NCBI GenBank assembly: GCA_963707985.1
Contig: CAVPRW010000010.1
Coordinates: 256,001-320,000 of the forward strand
Direction of reading: 5' to 3'
Length of the DNA stretch: 64,000 nt
Source of the DNA: an uncultured Nitrospinota bacterium
GTDB lineage: Bacteria > Tectomicrobia > Entotheonellia > J063 > CAVPRW01
In this document: positions 1 through 10,292 of the stretch, piece after piece
Layout: every line of letters begins with the position of its first letter
Numbering within the stretch: the first letter of the stretch is position 1
Notes under the pieces: generated by a model
Database searches by the model: none
Told to the model about the DNA's origin: nothing
What the model saw: only the letters and a program-made list of their open reading frames with translations
Position numbers and translations under genes: made by a program

Positions 1-223
1 ATATTTGCATTAGCTTCCATAAGACTTATAGGGTTTGAAGAGCTGCACCCAGCACTGTGCCCTGGGCAGCAGGCGATGCGCAAATCTATGCAGCGATCGG
101 GTGAATGCGTCTAGGCTGGGAAAGAATCGAACGAGGCAGGAAACGAGCCGTGGACTCAGCCACATCTTCCTTGACCCGGAATAGGAGACCACAAGCGTTT
201 AGACGGCACCGAGCGCAACGCGC

Positions 224-556
224 TTACGGCAGTTTTCGGATAGCGACAATGCGAGATTTTTTCTCCTCACTGACCCGAAAATGGATACGATCTCCGGCTT
301 TGAGGCCATTGAGCAGGGCTGGATCCGACACGCTGAATGGCATTTCCATTGGTCCCATGAAATACCCAGGCGCTCGAATGGGCTCGTGATCCAGCAGAAT
401 CTGCCCTTGATCTGCCATAATGCCGACCACCGTTCCTTCTGATTCGTACGGACCCCACTCGCCAGCCTGGAGCCCTGGGATGGCACAAACCGTCCAGAAC
501 GTGATAGCCAGCATGATTGTAGTCAATCGAACCACTCGGCATTGGCACAGGCGCAT
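224..556 (-). CDS. CusF-like periplasmic copper-binding protein
   Basis: Signal-like N-terminus, then GTVVGI..ILLDHEPI..FMGPMEMPFSV..LLNGLKAGDRIHFRV (H..M.M metal motif of the CusF OB fold). ATG 556 preferred over the ORF-track start at 736. Confidence 0.75.
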   Translation of the reverse strand: MRLCQCRVVRLTTIMLAITFWTVCAIPGLQAGEWGPYESEGTVVGIMADQGQILLDHEPIRAPGYFMGPMEMPFSVSDPALLNGLKAGDRIHFRVSEEKKSRIVAIRKLP

Positions 557-871
557 GGCGGGGGTCGCGCTCTGACCGGTATTCGGCGAGACAGAATATT
601 TCAATCTTGTGTGGACTGATTGAGATGTTGTGCGACGTTGTGTCATAACTGAGTTCCCTCTCGACCCTGGATTGCCAGATATCAGACGACGGCACGTCTG
701 CTGCTCAGGTGCGAGCCAATCCGGAGGGCGTTGCACTCATCCTCTCGAGGAGGTAACCCATCGGATTGGCGGCCTTCGGTGGGGAGAAGGCCAGCCTCCG
801 CGACGTTAGTGGGATTATAACATGCTCCCCAAGCCGGGTAACATGATAGTAACCGCTTAAGCCTAGGCTCG

Positions 872-899
872 TTGACACCGGGCGACAGCACGCTAGAAT
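872..899 (+). promoter_or_regulatory. sigma70-like promoter upstream of cas6'-HEPN-MNT
   Basis: TTGACA (872-877), 16-nt spacer, TAGAAT (894-899). Confidence 0.55.
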
Positions 900-1136
900 A
901 TCATGCTGACATGGCAACGGGATCGATTCAGGCAACGAATGGCACAGTCCCGGCGGATAGCCTCCATAGAATCCGAGGGTTTATGGCTTGAAGTACGGCC
1001 GGATCACCTCACATGCCACGCGTTCCATCCTGGATGGCTACAAGTTATCACGCAAGTATTTCCCCGGTTAGATCTACATTGTGCCCCGTCGGGTCGGGTG
1101 CCTCATGTCCCGATGCTCGGGTGCAGAGGGGGTGAT

Positions 1137-1480
1137 GTGCGCTTTCGCGTCCATCTTCGTGCCCCACCGCCGATTGTGATTCCAATAAACTATGCGCATC
1201 AGCTCGCCTCCGTCGTCTACCACCTTCTCGGCCGCTCTTCTTCAGCATATAGGGCGTTTCTGCATAGTCAGGGCTATGGCACAGGCGATCGTCGCTTCAA
1301 ACTGTTCACCTTCTCCCCTCTCTTTGGTCAGCCACGCCAGGTGGTGGCCGGGCATTTACGCTTCGAGACTACCGCAGTGACATGGTCCATCACCTCCCCA
1401 GTGGAAGCCTTCATCCGACATGTGGTCCAGGGCATTCTGAGCCTCGATCAGATCGAGATAGCCGGCGTTACTTTCATAGA
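1137..1480 (+). pseudogene. cas6: Cas6 endoribonuclease, N-terminal half only
   Basis: GTG 1137 after AGAGGGGG. IPINYAHQLASVVYHLL..YRAFLHSQGY..RRFKLFTFSPL matches the Cas6 N-terminal RRM signature. No C-terminal RRM or Gly-rich loop; the frame runs on over the HEPN gene to a stop at 1676. Confidence 0.8.
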
Positions 1481-1498
1481 AAAGAGGAGACTTATGGC

Positions 1499-1957
1499 AT
1501 GCCTGGCCGCTACGAAGATTGGTTACGGCAGGCGCGACGAGATATCAGCCACGCGCAAAACGCCTTGGAGGATGGCGATTACGATTGGGCCTGCTTTGCA
1601 GCCCAGCAAGCGGCCGAGAAAGCCGTTAAAGCCCTCTTCCGATTCCTCGCTGCAGACGCTTGGGGTCATTCCGTGAGCTTGTTACTCGGCAGGCTCCCCG
1701 AGACATACAGACCTCTCGAAGCCATGATCGATGGCGCCAAGGAACTAGATAAGCATTACATCCCTTCGCGTTATCCCTATGGCTTTGACGAGGGTGCCCC
1801 ACTTGATTACTACACCAAAGATGAAGCCACACGGAGCATAGGCCATGCGCGAGTCATCATCACCTTCTGTGAAGGTCACATTTACCAACCGAGAACAAAT
1901 CCTCACAGCCCTGAAGAATCTGATCCAGGAGTGGGCCCAACAACACCCGGAGCTTGA
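1499..1957 (+). CDS. HEPN domain protein (COG2250-like), putative toxin partner of MNT
   Basis: WLRQARRD..YDWACFAAQQAAEKAVKA..WGHS..LDKHYIPSRYP; GAGGAG RBS before ATG 1499; overlaps the MNT gene by 113 nt. Confidence 0.9.
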   Translation: MPGRYEDWLRQARRDISHAQNALEDGDYDWACFAAQQAAEKAVKALFRFLAADAWGHSVSLLLGRLPETYRPLEAMIDGAKELDKHYIPSRYPYGFDEGAPLDYYTKDEATRSIGHARVIITFCEGHIYQPRTNPHSPEESDPGVGPTTPGA

Positions 1958-2222
1958 GCAGGTCATCCTGTTTGGCTCATTTGCGCGTGGCGATTATTTC
2001 CCCGGAAGTGATGTGGACGTGCTTCTCATCCTTGAGAACTCAGACCAACCGCTTCTATACCGTAGCCGAAAATTTCTTCCAACCCATTTTCCGGTTGACA
2101 TCGATGTATTTCCTTACACTAGAGATGAAATCGAGCGCTTCATGAATGATCCTCAGAGCCTCGTGGTGCAGGCGCTGTCCGAGGGCAAACAGATGTACCC
2201 TTTAACTGGTTGCGAGTTTTAG
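1845..2222 (+). CDS. MNT minimal nucleotidyltransferase (putative antitoxin)
   Basis: LFGSFARGDYFPGSDVDV = GS-x10-DxD motif. Confidence 0.9.
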   Translation: MRESSSPSVKVTFTNREQILTALKNLIQEWAQQHPELEQVILFGSFARGDYFPGSDVDVLLILENSDQPLLYRSRKFLPTHFPVDIDVFPYTRDEIERFMNDPQSLVVQALSEGKQMYPLTGCEF

Positions 2223-2275
2223 ACACCGCAGAACGCTCGCAGGTAGATCAACACATACGCTAACAACTTCATCCC

Positions 2276-3663
2276 CGTATAGTCAAAATATTCGAACTCG
2301 CCTTCCCCCTGGAGGTTAGGCCTTTACCACCGTCTGTGCTTCAGCTTGTCTTCTGCTCCACTTTCACCCATACTCAGCATCAATTATGGATAGCAAAAGC
2401 TGAGAGGTGCGGCGATGGACTGGAAACACCTGCTCGCATACATCACGGCGACTGTCGATCAGGAACTGCTGGTGTGCAACGAATATCTGGTCACGGAGAA
2501 TCGCATCCTCCGCACCCAAATCAAGGGGCGCCTCCGGTTGAGTGACGGCGAACGTCAGACCTTGGCGGAGATTGGCCAGAAGCTAGGGAAGCAAGCCTTG
2601 GAGGAAGTGGCCACGATCGTCAAACCCGAGACCGTCCTTGGCTGGCACCGGAAACTGGTCGCCCGGAAGTTTGACGGTTCCCAACAGCGCAAGGCTCCCG
2701 GCCGTCCCACGATCGACCAGGAGGTGGAGGCCCTGGTGGCGCGTATGGCCAAGGAGAACCGCTCCTGGGGTTATGACCGGATCGTCGGCGCACTGGCCAA
2801 CCTGGGCTATACGATCAGTGATCAAACCGTGGGCAATATCCTCAAGCGCCACGGTATCCCACCGGCACCAGAGCGTAAAACCACGACAACCTGGAAGGAG
2901 TTTATCCTCACGCACATGGATGTGCTCGTCGCCACTGACTTTTTCACCGCTGAGGTCTGGACAACGGCAGGGTTAGTGACATACTACGTGCTCTTTTTCA
3001 TCCACCTCGCCAGTCGGCAAGTCCATCTGGCCGGCGTGACGCCCCATCCTGATGAGCGATGGATGGTGCAGAGCGGCCGTAACGTCACCATGACTGACTG
3101 GGGCTTCCTGTCTCCCGGGCAGTACCTCATCCATGACCGGGATGGGAAATATTGCCCCGTGTTTCAGCACATTATTGATGAGGCTGGCGTGAAGCGCGTT
3201 CCATTACCGCCGCGGTCGCCGAATCTGAATGCCTACGCGGAGCGGTGGGTGCGCTCAGTGAAGGAGGAGTGTCTGTCGCGACTGATCCTGTTTGGGGAAG
3301 CGTCGCTCTGGTATGCGCTTCAAGAGTATGTGGAGCACTACCGTCACGAGCGGAATCATCAGGGTTAGGACAATGTGCTGCTCTTTCCTATCTCAAGAGG
3401 AGACGGAAGGCGTACAGGCCCGGTTCACTGTCGAGAACGGCTCGGCGGACTCCTGAAATACTACGAGTGTGAGGCCGCATGAGTTTTTTGACCAAACGAC
3501 CAGCAAAGTCTTCCAATCCATGCGTCTGTCCCCCTCCGTTTGCTCCGCCCTCCATGGGCGTCGAGTATACGTAATGGGGTGGACAGGAGGCGAGCCGAAG
3601 CGTGAGCCATGGCAGGGCCGTAAACGCTGCCGTCAAGCCGGTTTCGAGTTTTTTGACCATACG
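2276..3663 (+). mobile_element. IS with rve/integrase-core DDE transposase
   Basis: Imperfect terminal IRs CGTATAGTCAAAATATTCGAA (from 2276) and revcomp CGTATGGTCAAAAAACTCGAA (ending 3663) enclose the transposase. Confidence 0.75.
2415..3482 (+). pseudogene. rve transposase with in-frame TAG near the C-terminus
   Basis: [23 protein letters not shown] motifs. TAG at 3366-3368, after which the frame continues DNVLLFP..RERLGGLLKYYECEAA* to 3482. Confidence 0.85.
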
Positions 3664-3666
3664 CGA

Positions 3667-4590
3667 TTATTCCGATGAGACGAAGCGATTTGCGATCGCG
3701 CCGAGGTCACGATTCTTTGTCTCGAGCTCCCTCCGTCGCTCAGAATACTCTGACGTTAGGCGTTCTGACTCGTCGAACGTTCCGTCTTCGTTGTATCGGA
3801 CAGCTGATAGGAATCGAGTATCTCCCTCGAATGCCTGCGCGGCCTACTCTGTGAGGGTTTGGAAGGTTCGCTCAGCCGTTTCCAGAGGTGCCTTGAGTTG
3901 GGTCCGTACCTCACGATGAACCGCCCCGAGGCCTTCGCTGTACTGCCTGAGGAGCGGCATAAGGGCAATGAGGCCATTCCCATTGGCACGCTGTTTGAGT
4001 TCCTCGAGTATTGGAGGTTTGAACTTCTTATCCTGAGCAAGTTCCCTTACACCAATGGCAGGGACGACGCTGAATCTCGAGCGGGCTGGCTGGAATCGCT
4101 CCTCATGGACGATAGGGAACGAAATAGCATTAACCGGAAGTCCTCGATGCTGAGCATGATTTCGCAACGCCTCCATTGCCCTGTACCCAAAGCGGTCATC
4201 GTACTGCGCATTCATAACCTTTCTTATGCGCGCCACCACACGGCCACCATCTTGAAGGGCCTCTGAAATGTCGTGCTTTACTTGGTCCACGTATAGCCGC
4301 GCCGTCGCAAGGTAGTTGGTAAGTCTGCGATTCGTGCTACGCCGTGCGTGATTTAGGAGCTCGTCAATCCGACCAGGAAAGAGTGAGTACTCAAGCGCCA
4401 TGTCGAGGAGATGACGTTCGAGATCCGCGTGATTCTCCAGTGCGATGTCGAACTTTTCCTCGACACCCAACCCAACGCTGAGCGTGACCCGCGCCCGTTG
4501 TGCGGCAGCGAACTCCTCCGCCGAGATTGGCACGTCTTTGTCGAAACCGATGTATGCGCAGGTAACGCCGTACCTTACTGCATCAGTCAT
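3667..4590 (-). pseudogene. HEPN-like protein (RNHAQH) with one in-frame TAG
   Basis: AGGAG RBS, ATG 4590, MEALRNHAQHRGLP. TAG at 3844-3846, but the frame stays open (AAQAFEGD..KNRDLGAIANRFVSSE) to TAA at 3667. Confidence 0.6.
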
Positions 4591-4731
4591 GTGTCGCTCC
4601 TGAGCGCTCCCGTCGCCCAACTATTGAGTATCTGGCCATGTTTGCGTCAACGCCTCCTTGAACTAGTGCGAAGTCAAGCCGGCCCCACCCGTGCGTGATC
4701 AGTACAGCACATAATGGACCAAATGGCTGAG

Positions 4732-5223
4732 TCACTTCCGCGCCAGTGGCGCTCTGATGGGATCGCCGAACACGTCGATGATGAAGCGGTCCACGCCTTT
4801 GAAAAAGGCTTCCGCTAATCCTGCGATTGAGACGAACACCTGATCTGGAGCCGCTTGTGGGTTGTAGATGACTTCTGGGTCCGATTGATCGACATACCCG
4901 ATCTCCCGGCATTTGCCTTCGCGGCTCAGCCGTGACATGACGCTATAGTTGTGGAGCATGCCGCACCGTGCCCCATAGAGATCAAGCCCTGTGAGCTGTT
5001 CCTGACAGGGGAAATGCAGATATTGCTCAGCCCAGCGGATGAAGGCAGCACGGGTGACATCCTGCTGGCCCTCCGGCAGACTGAGGAAGGCCATGGCATC
5101 GATCCACGCGTAAATCAGGATGACGGCAGAGCGATAACATTGCTGCTCAAGTAGCACCTCTATGCCCTGCTTGATCCCGACATGAATGACGTTTGAGATC
5201 GATGCCTGCGGAACCTCGCTCAT
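4732..5223 (-). CDS. hypothetical HEPN-like protein (RCGMLH)
   Basis: AGGAG RBS, ATG 5223; SAVILIYAWIDAMA helix and DLYGARCGMLHNY (RxxxxH). Confidence 0.6.
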   Translation of the reverse strand: MSEVPQASISNVIHVGIKQGIEVLLEQQCYRSAVILIYAWIDAMAFLSLPEGQQDVTRAAFIRWAEQYLHFPCQEQLTGLDLYGARCGMLHNYSVMSRLSREGKCREIGYVDQSDPEVIYNPQAAPDQVFVSIAGLAEAFFKGVDRFIIDVFGDPIRAPLARK

Positions 5224-5389
5224 GAGCCATACACTCCTGGGAATGCTCCTCGCTCCACTGTGGTCGGCTGCACTCCACACCGAAGTCCGGTTGTGGTAAC
5301 GCGGTTTGGAAGGGCTGTGCTGGACCACGTTCGCGCCCATTCGTGACGCCTGCCGCGAGACGGGGCGCTGACCCACCTCTGTGTAACGT

Positions 5390-6063
5390 TTATGGGGCCT
5401 CGCTGGCTGCCCGGCGAGGATTAGGGACCGCGTCGATGATCTGGTCAAACGTGCAGGCCCGCCCTTGAAACCCGTATATTTCGTTCACAAAGTGGTGGTA
5501 GGCAGGGTCCCTGGCCTCCAGACTCTTGAAGGCTTCGGCGACGGTGTGGAGCACGAGATAAGCGTCCTGCCGCCAAATCCGTAAGGGAAGCAGATTGAGC
5601 TTGAGGTGGGTGGACTGTCTGGTCTGAGGATCGAGCACCTGGTGAAATTTCAGATCGCCGTAGCCTGCCTGGAGAGCCGGTGGGGACACAAACTGCAGCG
5701 TCTCGAGCGTCTCCTGAACAATCTGGCCTTCCCAGAGATGGCTATGAGCAAGGACATCACGGATGACAAAGACCTCTCTGATCGCCTGGGTGAGTGGAGA
5801 CTCCGGGGTCACCTCCAAGAAATACCCCAGCGCAGACTTCCGGCCCTGTCGCGTTCATGGTAACGGACCCAGGCAATCCCTGACTCGAACACCAGCGCGG
5901 CCAGGACGATGATCGCAGCCGAATACCCGTTCTCGTTCCGGCTGGTTTGTACGTCATTTGGAGCTTTGGCGGGCTCAGCCATCAAGGTTTCGACAACCCT
6001 CACCAAGGGTTGGATCAAGGCAGGGCCAATCGGTGAAATATAGCCGAACGGCGTCTCGACCAT
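5390..6063 (-). pseudogene. HEPN-like protein (RDVLAH), frameshifted near 5820
   Basis: ORF 5809-6171 (ENGYSAAIIVLAALVFES) and ORF 5390-5818 (IREVFVIRDVLAHSHLW) join into one plausible helical protein. Confidence 0.5.
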
Positions 6064-6347
6064 ACGATTCGTCTCCTCCTCCAGGCTTTGCTGATCAATC
6101 ACCGGCCACGGGCGGCGCAGGGGTAGGGGCACGGGAGCCCCGCTCGACGGCCTCATGGCAGGGTCGGACACCCCGCTCCTCCGCCTATAGGCGCACCTCC
6201 ACCCCAGCGCGCACCGGCATCTCGAAACACCAGCGGAGATGTCAGGGTCGCCAGCGCGTTCGGCGTTCTCGCCGGGCCGGTTCCTGATTGACGTAGATGC
6301 GAAGCTTTTCCGTGGGCGGCACGGATCAGTCGATCAGCTGAGTTGCC

Positions 6348-7101
6348 TCACTCGCACAAACACCACACGTGGAAGATATCAATAGGCGTCGCTTGGCCCT
6401 TGCGATCGGGCCACTGAAAGGTCCGCTCATGACGGCTCAGAAAAACAGCTTCGGCGGCCGGTGTTGAGCAGGCCCCTTTCATGGTTGTCCGTGCCGGTAG
6501 CTGCTGGGTCTGGAGAGTGGACATGCGCGGAGCTTCGGACATCGCAGGCAGCAAAGACTGTTCGATGGTGCGGCCGTTGCGGGCGTAAGCGAGCATCATG
6601 GCCTCCTGCATGGCCCACGCGTAGTCGCCGCGTACGAAGCGGATGAGGCCATCGTCACAGTATTTGCTGCCTGCAGGGTGCGCAGCGTCCACTGGCTTGG
6701 CTTCGATGAACAGGCCCTCGTGTTCGGAGAGCACCGAGCGTGGCTCGGTCTCGTCGTTTCGGAGTTTGAAAAAGAGGTCGGGGGCTTTGTTGAGGCTCTT
6801 GCCGTCGTAGTTGGCCCACTGGGCTTGACGGCTGACGAATTCGAAGTTGCGCTTGTCGAAACCCGGCACCTCGCCGCTCTGGCGGAGGTTGTTCTCAATC
6901 GTGCTGCGGAGTGCGGCGGTGACTCGGTCTTCGTGAGCGGCGGCGAGGTTGAATTGCTGTTCGCGCAGCAGCTCGAATGCGCGGAGCACCACGCGGCGGA
7001 TGAGGAGCAGGACCGGAAGGCCAAGGCGCGGATGAGGGAGGTGATAACGCTCCGGCTGGAACGCCGAGCGTGAAGAAGCCCGCTGTGTCCGACGTGCTCA
7101 T
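6348..7101 (-). CDS. PD-(D/E)XK-type nuclease downstream of the methyltransferase (frameshift near 7055)
   Basis: KAPDLFFKL...GLFIEAKPVD motif. The N-terminus MSTSDTAGFFTLG lies in a neighbouring frame and joins YHLPHPRLGLPVLLLIRRVVLRAF. Confidence 0.6.
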
Positions 7102-10100
7102 GCGTGCTCCGGCGAGACCACACTCGCCCAGTCGTTCGCGGATGATGTGTTGTGCGCAGAGCCGAGCACGCGTGACAGTCCACCACCGGCGCTGATTGAG
7201 CAGGCCGAGCAGCAGGCCGCGCTTGCGCGGCGCGTGCACAATGATGCGGCTGCAGCCGCGCTGGTTGGCCGCTTCCATCGCTTTTCGCATCAGGCTGGGA
7301 TTGACCGACACCGAGTCCGCCTCGCGCGAGACGGCCAGGAAGAACCACGGTTCCCGCCATGTGTCGGGCTGAAACTCCGCCTCGCGCACCGCGACGTGTT
7401 CGCCGCAGACATCGAAATACGGTTCCAAGTGCTTCGCGCAGCGTTTGCACGAAATCGGCGCGTGTGTCGCGAGTCGTGCGGTCGAGCGCGGCCTTGCCGG
7501 CTTTGCGATACGAGGCGGCGGCGAAGAGCGTGTCCTCGGCGACCTGCACCGCATCCGCATCAAGCCCGTAGAGTCGGAAGATGAACTCGTTTATTTCTCG
7601 CCACGGCTTGCTCGCGTCGTGCTGAAGTCGCTGCGCAAGGCTGCGGATGGTGGTCTTGGTCTTGGTGGGAATCTTGGCAATGTGCGGGGAACGGCAGGGC
7701 GTCGAAGTCCTGCTTTGTGAACATCATGCGGTCGGCTCCCTGCGACACACTGACCATCAGGGCAAAGTATCGGAAGAGAGTGCTGTGCGCCAAAAGGAAG
7801 ATGAGCGAGGCAAGCGTCTGCTCTTCGGGATGCCCGGCGCACGAGTAGCCATAGTAGCTTTGCGAAAATGCCACAGCTTGAGTCGGATAGATAGGCCTTT
7901 GGGGAGCATGGGTCGTCGCCTGGGGCCTGTGGAATGATGACGAGCGGCGGTTGATAGAGTTCCTCGCGACGCGGCATGTGAGCGCTACTTTGGCCTCTGG
8001 CGTTCTTGCCGAATAACTCCCCGTATGTCGTCGTGGCCGCGGTGAATCCGAACAAGACGGCTCACGTCGGTGCCTCGAAAGACTGGTAGACTCGCCAAGG
8101 AAATCTACGAACTTCTGAGCCAGATTGGGAGAGCGATTGTACCCTTGCCCAGTCTTGGCACCGTCCGCGTCCCACTCAGCCCAGCGGGCTCCAAGGGTCT
8201 TGTGGTCGATGTTCGACAGTGCCTCCATCACCTCCACATCCAGCCACGTCCCGAGCGATAGTGTCTTGAGCAGCCACGGCTGTTTCTCGACACGAGCGAC
8301 GCTGATAGGATGTCGCGGCTTCGTAATCAATGCGGAAGCGTCCGTCGTCCGTTGAGTTCGGGTTCGTGAATGGGCGCAGCGTAGTGGAAGCGATGTTCTG
8401 GCGCGGGCTTTGCGTTGCGTGCAAAGAACACGCAGAAGGGCATCTTCACGTCCTTCCAGACCGACGACCACCGCAGATCCGCTCCGTTGATAAGTCCCGT
8501 CACTTCGACGCTACGCAGCACGGCACGCCATGCCTCGAAGCCTTTACCAGAGGTGCGCCCGAAAAGCCGCGCGGGCATGGCAAGAGCGATGACGCCGCCG
8601 TCTTTCGCCCACTCCATCGCTCGCCAGAGGAATGGCAGGTCGGGATTCTTGTCGGGATTCTGGAAGCGCTTTGCCAAGTCATCCAAGCCGCGCGCAGTCA
8701 GCACTCGGCGGCCAATCGCGGTGAACGCTTTGTTCAGTGCATCGGTGGCGGACTTGCTCGCCTTTGTATCCGCAGCATTGCCGTCTTTATCCTTGTCGTC
8801 GCGCAGTCGCGTCCACGGCGGATTGCCGATGACGATGTCGAACGTCTTGTCGAAGTCCGGCGAGACTTCTGGGCCGAGACTGCCCAGCGGGAATGCCTGC
8901 TTCCCTTGAGACTCTGCGCCACCAAAACGGTAGAGCACTTCGCCGCGGAGATTGCGCGGGAACTTGAGTGCCTGCGGCGGACGTGGGCTGGCATTGAGTT
9001 CGATGGCAGTGATGTAGAGCGCGAGCGCCGCGAGTCGCAGAGCGGACTCGCTGATGTCGAAGCCACGCACCTGCTTGTAGAGAATGTTCTGTATGACCGC
9101 CGTCTTGGGTCGTTCGTCGTCTTGCAGCCAACGCTCGCGGACGAGGCGACGGAACGCGAGCACGAGGAAAATCCCCGCGCCGCACGAGCTATCGAGCACC
9201 TGTGCGCCAGCCTTGTCTTTCGTGGCGGCGAAGGCCTCCTCGACCATCAGTCCGGCGATGGTGCGCGGCGTGTAGTGGACACTGGTGTCCCGAGCCGTGC
9301 GCGGGTCGGCACGATGACTGAAGCTCTCATACACCTGACTGAGCACGCCAACTGGGATGTGCGCGAAATCGAGGTCGCCCCAATCGAGTTCGGTTTGGAC
9401 AGTATCTCCAACGGCACTCCAGCCATGGAGAATCGCCTGGAGATGGGTGAAGATTTTCTTTCCCGACCAGATGCTCGGTGCGCTTGAAGAAACGAAGATA
9501 CGCTGCCTCACGCGCATCGCGGCTATCGGCAGGAATGGATTCGTCGATGAGCGGGAGGAAGTCACCGTTGAAGGTCACGTCGAGCCACGCGGAGGTCTGC
9601 GCAGCTTTCTCCGCTGTGGAGAAGGCGTCTTTGAGTTCGTTCGCAGCCGAGCAGATGTCGTCGCGCTCGTGTTCCAGCACGATGCGCCGGTCTATGAGGA
9701 AGCGGAAGAATAGCGCGCGGCCCGCCATCGACAGGACTTCGAGCGCGTCCAACCGTCCCTTGCCGTCTTTGGGGACGAACTCGTTCGTCGTTTGTGTGAG
9801 TAGGTCGAAGATTTTGTGGAAGACGTAGTCCGTGCCGCGAAGCCGATGATTTTCCTCAAAGGTGCCATGCACAAGGCTCTGGAAGAACAACGGCGCCGTC
9901 GGGCTACGTTCATCGATCGTCTTCACAGGCCGCTGTATCGGCAGCCTCGTGGAACCCGATGGGGAAGATTTCCAACGAACCGGGCGCACGACACCCAGCC
10001 ACGCTGGGTCGCTGCGGTTTGCGAGCCGACGCCGCACAACGGCGAGCGAGGTTGCGTCGCTCTTCACATCGCCACTCGCGTCCACGAGATAGAGTAGCGC

Positions 10101-10292
10101 GGTCCCTTGATGCTCGGCGACTGCCGTGAGAGCGGGCGCGTGGTTGCTCTGCTTGGGCAACAGGTCGAGGTAATCGAGCTGCACAGGGGCAGAGAGCTTT
10201 TCGTCGAGCCGTATGACGCTCGTGCAGCCATAGGCAAGCAGCCGGTCAGCGAATGGACGATCCTCAACCATGTTGGGGTCTGTCATATTCAT
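7098..10292 (-). pseudogene. large N6-adenine DNA methyltransferase (type IIG/Eco57I-like architecture), multiply frameshifted
   Basis: GRALFFRFLIDR, FNGDFLP, LSQVYE, HYTPRTIA, LDSSCGAGIFL (SAM binding), IGNPPW (catalytic), and a TRD-like C-terminal part, spread over ORFs 9327-10292, 8327-9565, 7560-8471, 7591-8055, 6895-7563. Confidence 0.8.

Noticed and set aside
10..192. 60-aa ORF at the window start
   Set aside because: No motif or RBS support; likely spurious.
903..1676. The 257-aa ORF as a full Cas6 or Cas6 fusion
   Set aside because: Residues before GTG 1137 are leader sequence, residues after ~1480 are an off-frame reading of the HEPN gene, and there is no Gly-rich loop.
1..2300. 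A true CRISPR array near cas6
   Set aside because: No regularly spaced identical repeats inside the window; only isolated degenerate units, reported as speculative findings.
3366..3846. Stop-codon recoding (in-frame TAG at 3366 and 3844, TGA at 35835)
   Set aside because: TAG and TGA end many normal genes here, the cases lie in mobile or toxic genes prone to decay, and no pyl/sel machinery is visible.
5224..5389. attC between the HEPN-like genes
   Set aside because: No convincing complementary RYYYAAC/GTTRRRY pair or palindrome.
8330..9487. Long ORFs opposite real genes (also 22305-23261, 46433-47707, 50425-51546)
   Set aside because: Antisense shadows of GC-rich coding sequence with no recognisable motifs.
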